A stretch of DNA of 64,000 nt from a bacterium. Lineage in GTDB: Bacteria > SAR324 > JACQKK01. Positions 62,824 to 64,000 of this stretch are shown piece after piece (positions within the stretch are counted from its first letter, which is position 1; every line of letters starts with the position of its first letter). The notes under the pieces are model-generated. The model was not told the origin of the DNA. It saw only the letters and a list, made by a program, of their open reading frames with translations, and ran no database searches. The stretch is from NCBI GenBank assembly GCA_965240465.1, contig OZ251219.1, forward strand, positions 128,001 through 192,000, given 5' to 3'. Position numbers and translations under genes: made by a program.

Positions 62824-63477
62824 TTAAGGGCTACAAGTCCAAAGCATCACTACATAATTTGAAGAAAACAATCTTGGCAACGGGGGGAAAATAGTGTTGT
62901 TAATACGTGCTAAACAAACCAGCTTATCAAAGTTTTCATTGTCGCTGGGCTGTATAAGAGAAATTTCCTGCTTCTGACCATCTTTTCCGACTCGCACCTT
63001 CACTACCGCTCGCAAATGAGGAGAAAACTCAGCTGGAAAATCATAATTCTCTTGCACCCGATCGCTAACTTCCTCCACATACGACCGCCAAGCTAGCAAG
63101 GCTGCCCGATCACGGAAGCGCACATTACCCTCAATCCTGAAATCAGTTCCTGAAGATAACACCGGTGCGTTCTTTTTTTTCACCTTAACTACTTCAGGTG
63201 ATAAAACACTGGGTAGCGGTGGAGTACCAGCATCAGCTGGATACAAAGCCTCTTTTGGTTTATTAGGCCCGGTAGATGATAATCTTTTGCCACGTTTGGC
63301 AGGCAACGACACCAATTTAACCGTATAAGCATTTGGCAACTCAATCTGCGGCGACCGAGGCGAAAAAACCAACACCAGCAAAAACAAACCATGCAAAAAC
63401 ACAGAAGCAACTCCTGCCAGCACGATGATACGTTTGTTCATGCCAGATTCCATCAATCCCCCTTTCATCAGCATCAA
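62824..63477 (-). CDS. tolA: TolA/TonB-family energy transducer (short)
   Basis: TM anchor with SVFLH (SHLS-type motif), proline-rich linker and C-terminal PSD...FD..FPPLP domain; between tolR and tolB. Confidence 0.75.
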   Translation of the reverse strand: MMLMKGGLMESGMNKRIIVLAGVASVFLHGLFLLVLVFSPRSPQIELPNAYTVKLVSLPAKRGKRLSSTGPNKPKEALYPADAGTPPLPSVLSPEVVKVKKKNAPVLSSGTDFRIEGNVRFRDRAALLAWRSYVEEVSDRVQENYDFPAEFSPHLRAVVKVRVGKDGQKQEISLIQPSDNENFDKLVCLARINNTIFPPLPRLFSSNYVVMLWTCSP

Positions 63478-63911
63478 GGTTGCTCAATCACTAACCCCAT
63501 CTGCTCAACCCGCAAGCGACGTAACTCAGCCATAACCTGAGTCACAGATCCATAAGACAACCTTTCGTCGGCACGCAACAATGCTATACCAGTCGGATTC
63601 CGCAATTTCCAACGACGAACCCGGGAACGGAATTTCTCTCTCGCACGCCCATTTTCTAATTTTCCTAAGGTCTCTGAACCCACTGCCACTACCCCAGCCC
63701 TATTCACACTCACTACTAATCTTGCCGACTTGGTATTCTCCGCTGGGATATTTGCTTTTGGCAACTGTACCTGCAGTGAATACGCTGCCAACGGTGCTGT
63801 AATCATGAAAATCACCAACAGCACCAACAACACATCCACCAATGGAACAATATTTATTTCCGATATTTCATCATCCATAGCATCATTTTTCTGTACCTCG
63901 TCAAATAACAT
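63474..63911 (-). CDS. tolR: TolR/ExbD family protein
   Basis: SEINIVPLVDVLLVLLVIFMITAP and LRAD..YG.V. Confidence 0.9.
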   Translation of the reverse strand: MLFDEVQKNDAMDDEISEINIVPLVDVLLVLLVIFMITAPLAAYSLQVQLPKANIPAENTKSARLVVSVNRAGVVAVGSETLGKLENGRAREKFRSRVRRWKLRNPTGIALLRADERLSYGSVTQVMAELRRLRVEQMGLVIEQP

Positions 63912-63914
63912 TAG

Positions 63915-64000
63915 CTACACCCCTCTTTCCAATTGATTGAGTACCTGCAACATAAAATAACGCCCCTCTTCCAGATGCCCCCGCAGTATCCCCTGAAATA
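63915..64000 (-). CDS. tolQ: C-terminal end of TolQ/ExbB (partial)
   Basis: The frame ...FQGILRGHLEEGRYFMLQVLNQLERGV* ends 3 nt before the tolR start. The call rests mainly on position. Confidence 0.55.
   Translation of the reverse strand, partial: FQGILRGHLEEGRYFMLQVLNQLERGV

Noticed and set aside
1-64000. Genome-wide reassignment of TGA
   Set aside because: TGA ends several ordinary genes here (MATE, tsaB, tsaC, cpoB, tolR), so the TGA at 19222 is best read as local Sec recoding.
1-64000. CRISPR array, IS elements, integrase/prophage, or att duplication of the tRNA 3' end
   Set aside because: None was seen by eye. Highly degenerate remnants could have been missed.

Overview
A gene-dense bacterial chromosomal segment made almost entirely of housekeeping genes. 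GC is roughly low-40s % by eye. The core proteins look deltaproteobacteria/SAR324-like, but that assignment is an inference. In order it holds: partial metG, MATE, selB, bactofilin, parB, a TPR protein, gyrA, an AmpD-like amidase, tRNA-Val(CAC), a complete tsaC-E-B-D cluster, aroE, metK, aminopeptidase P, an HD dNTPase-like gene, the rpmJ-rpsM-rpsK-rpsD-rpoA-rplQ operon, an M16 peptidase pair, menF/menD/menB, tupA, rpoBC, ribF, a rhodanese-Nfu fusion, a large membrane protein, tandem YHS and tandem cytochrome c genes, ygfA, a second MATE, an LTA-synthase-family protein, a heterodimeric ABC exporter, an EgtD-like methyltransferase, fmt, a HisD homologue, and cpoB-tolB-tolA-tolR-tolQ. I saw no CRISPR, rRNA, transposase or prophage. 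The main observations are: (1) a SelW/Rdx-type selenoprotein gene missed by the ORF track (CVVU motif, in-frame TGA, SECIS-like hairpin); (2) a full-length HisD homologue that has lost three Zn ligands and both catalytic residues, a candidate pseudoenzyme; (3) a kilobase-scale saw-tooth G/C strand skew that resets at intergenic regions regardless of gene direction; (4) an actinobacterial-type MetRS; (5) many broken-up conserved operons and substitutions at normally invariant residues, such as RpoB R542W.
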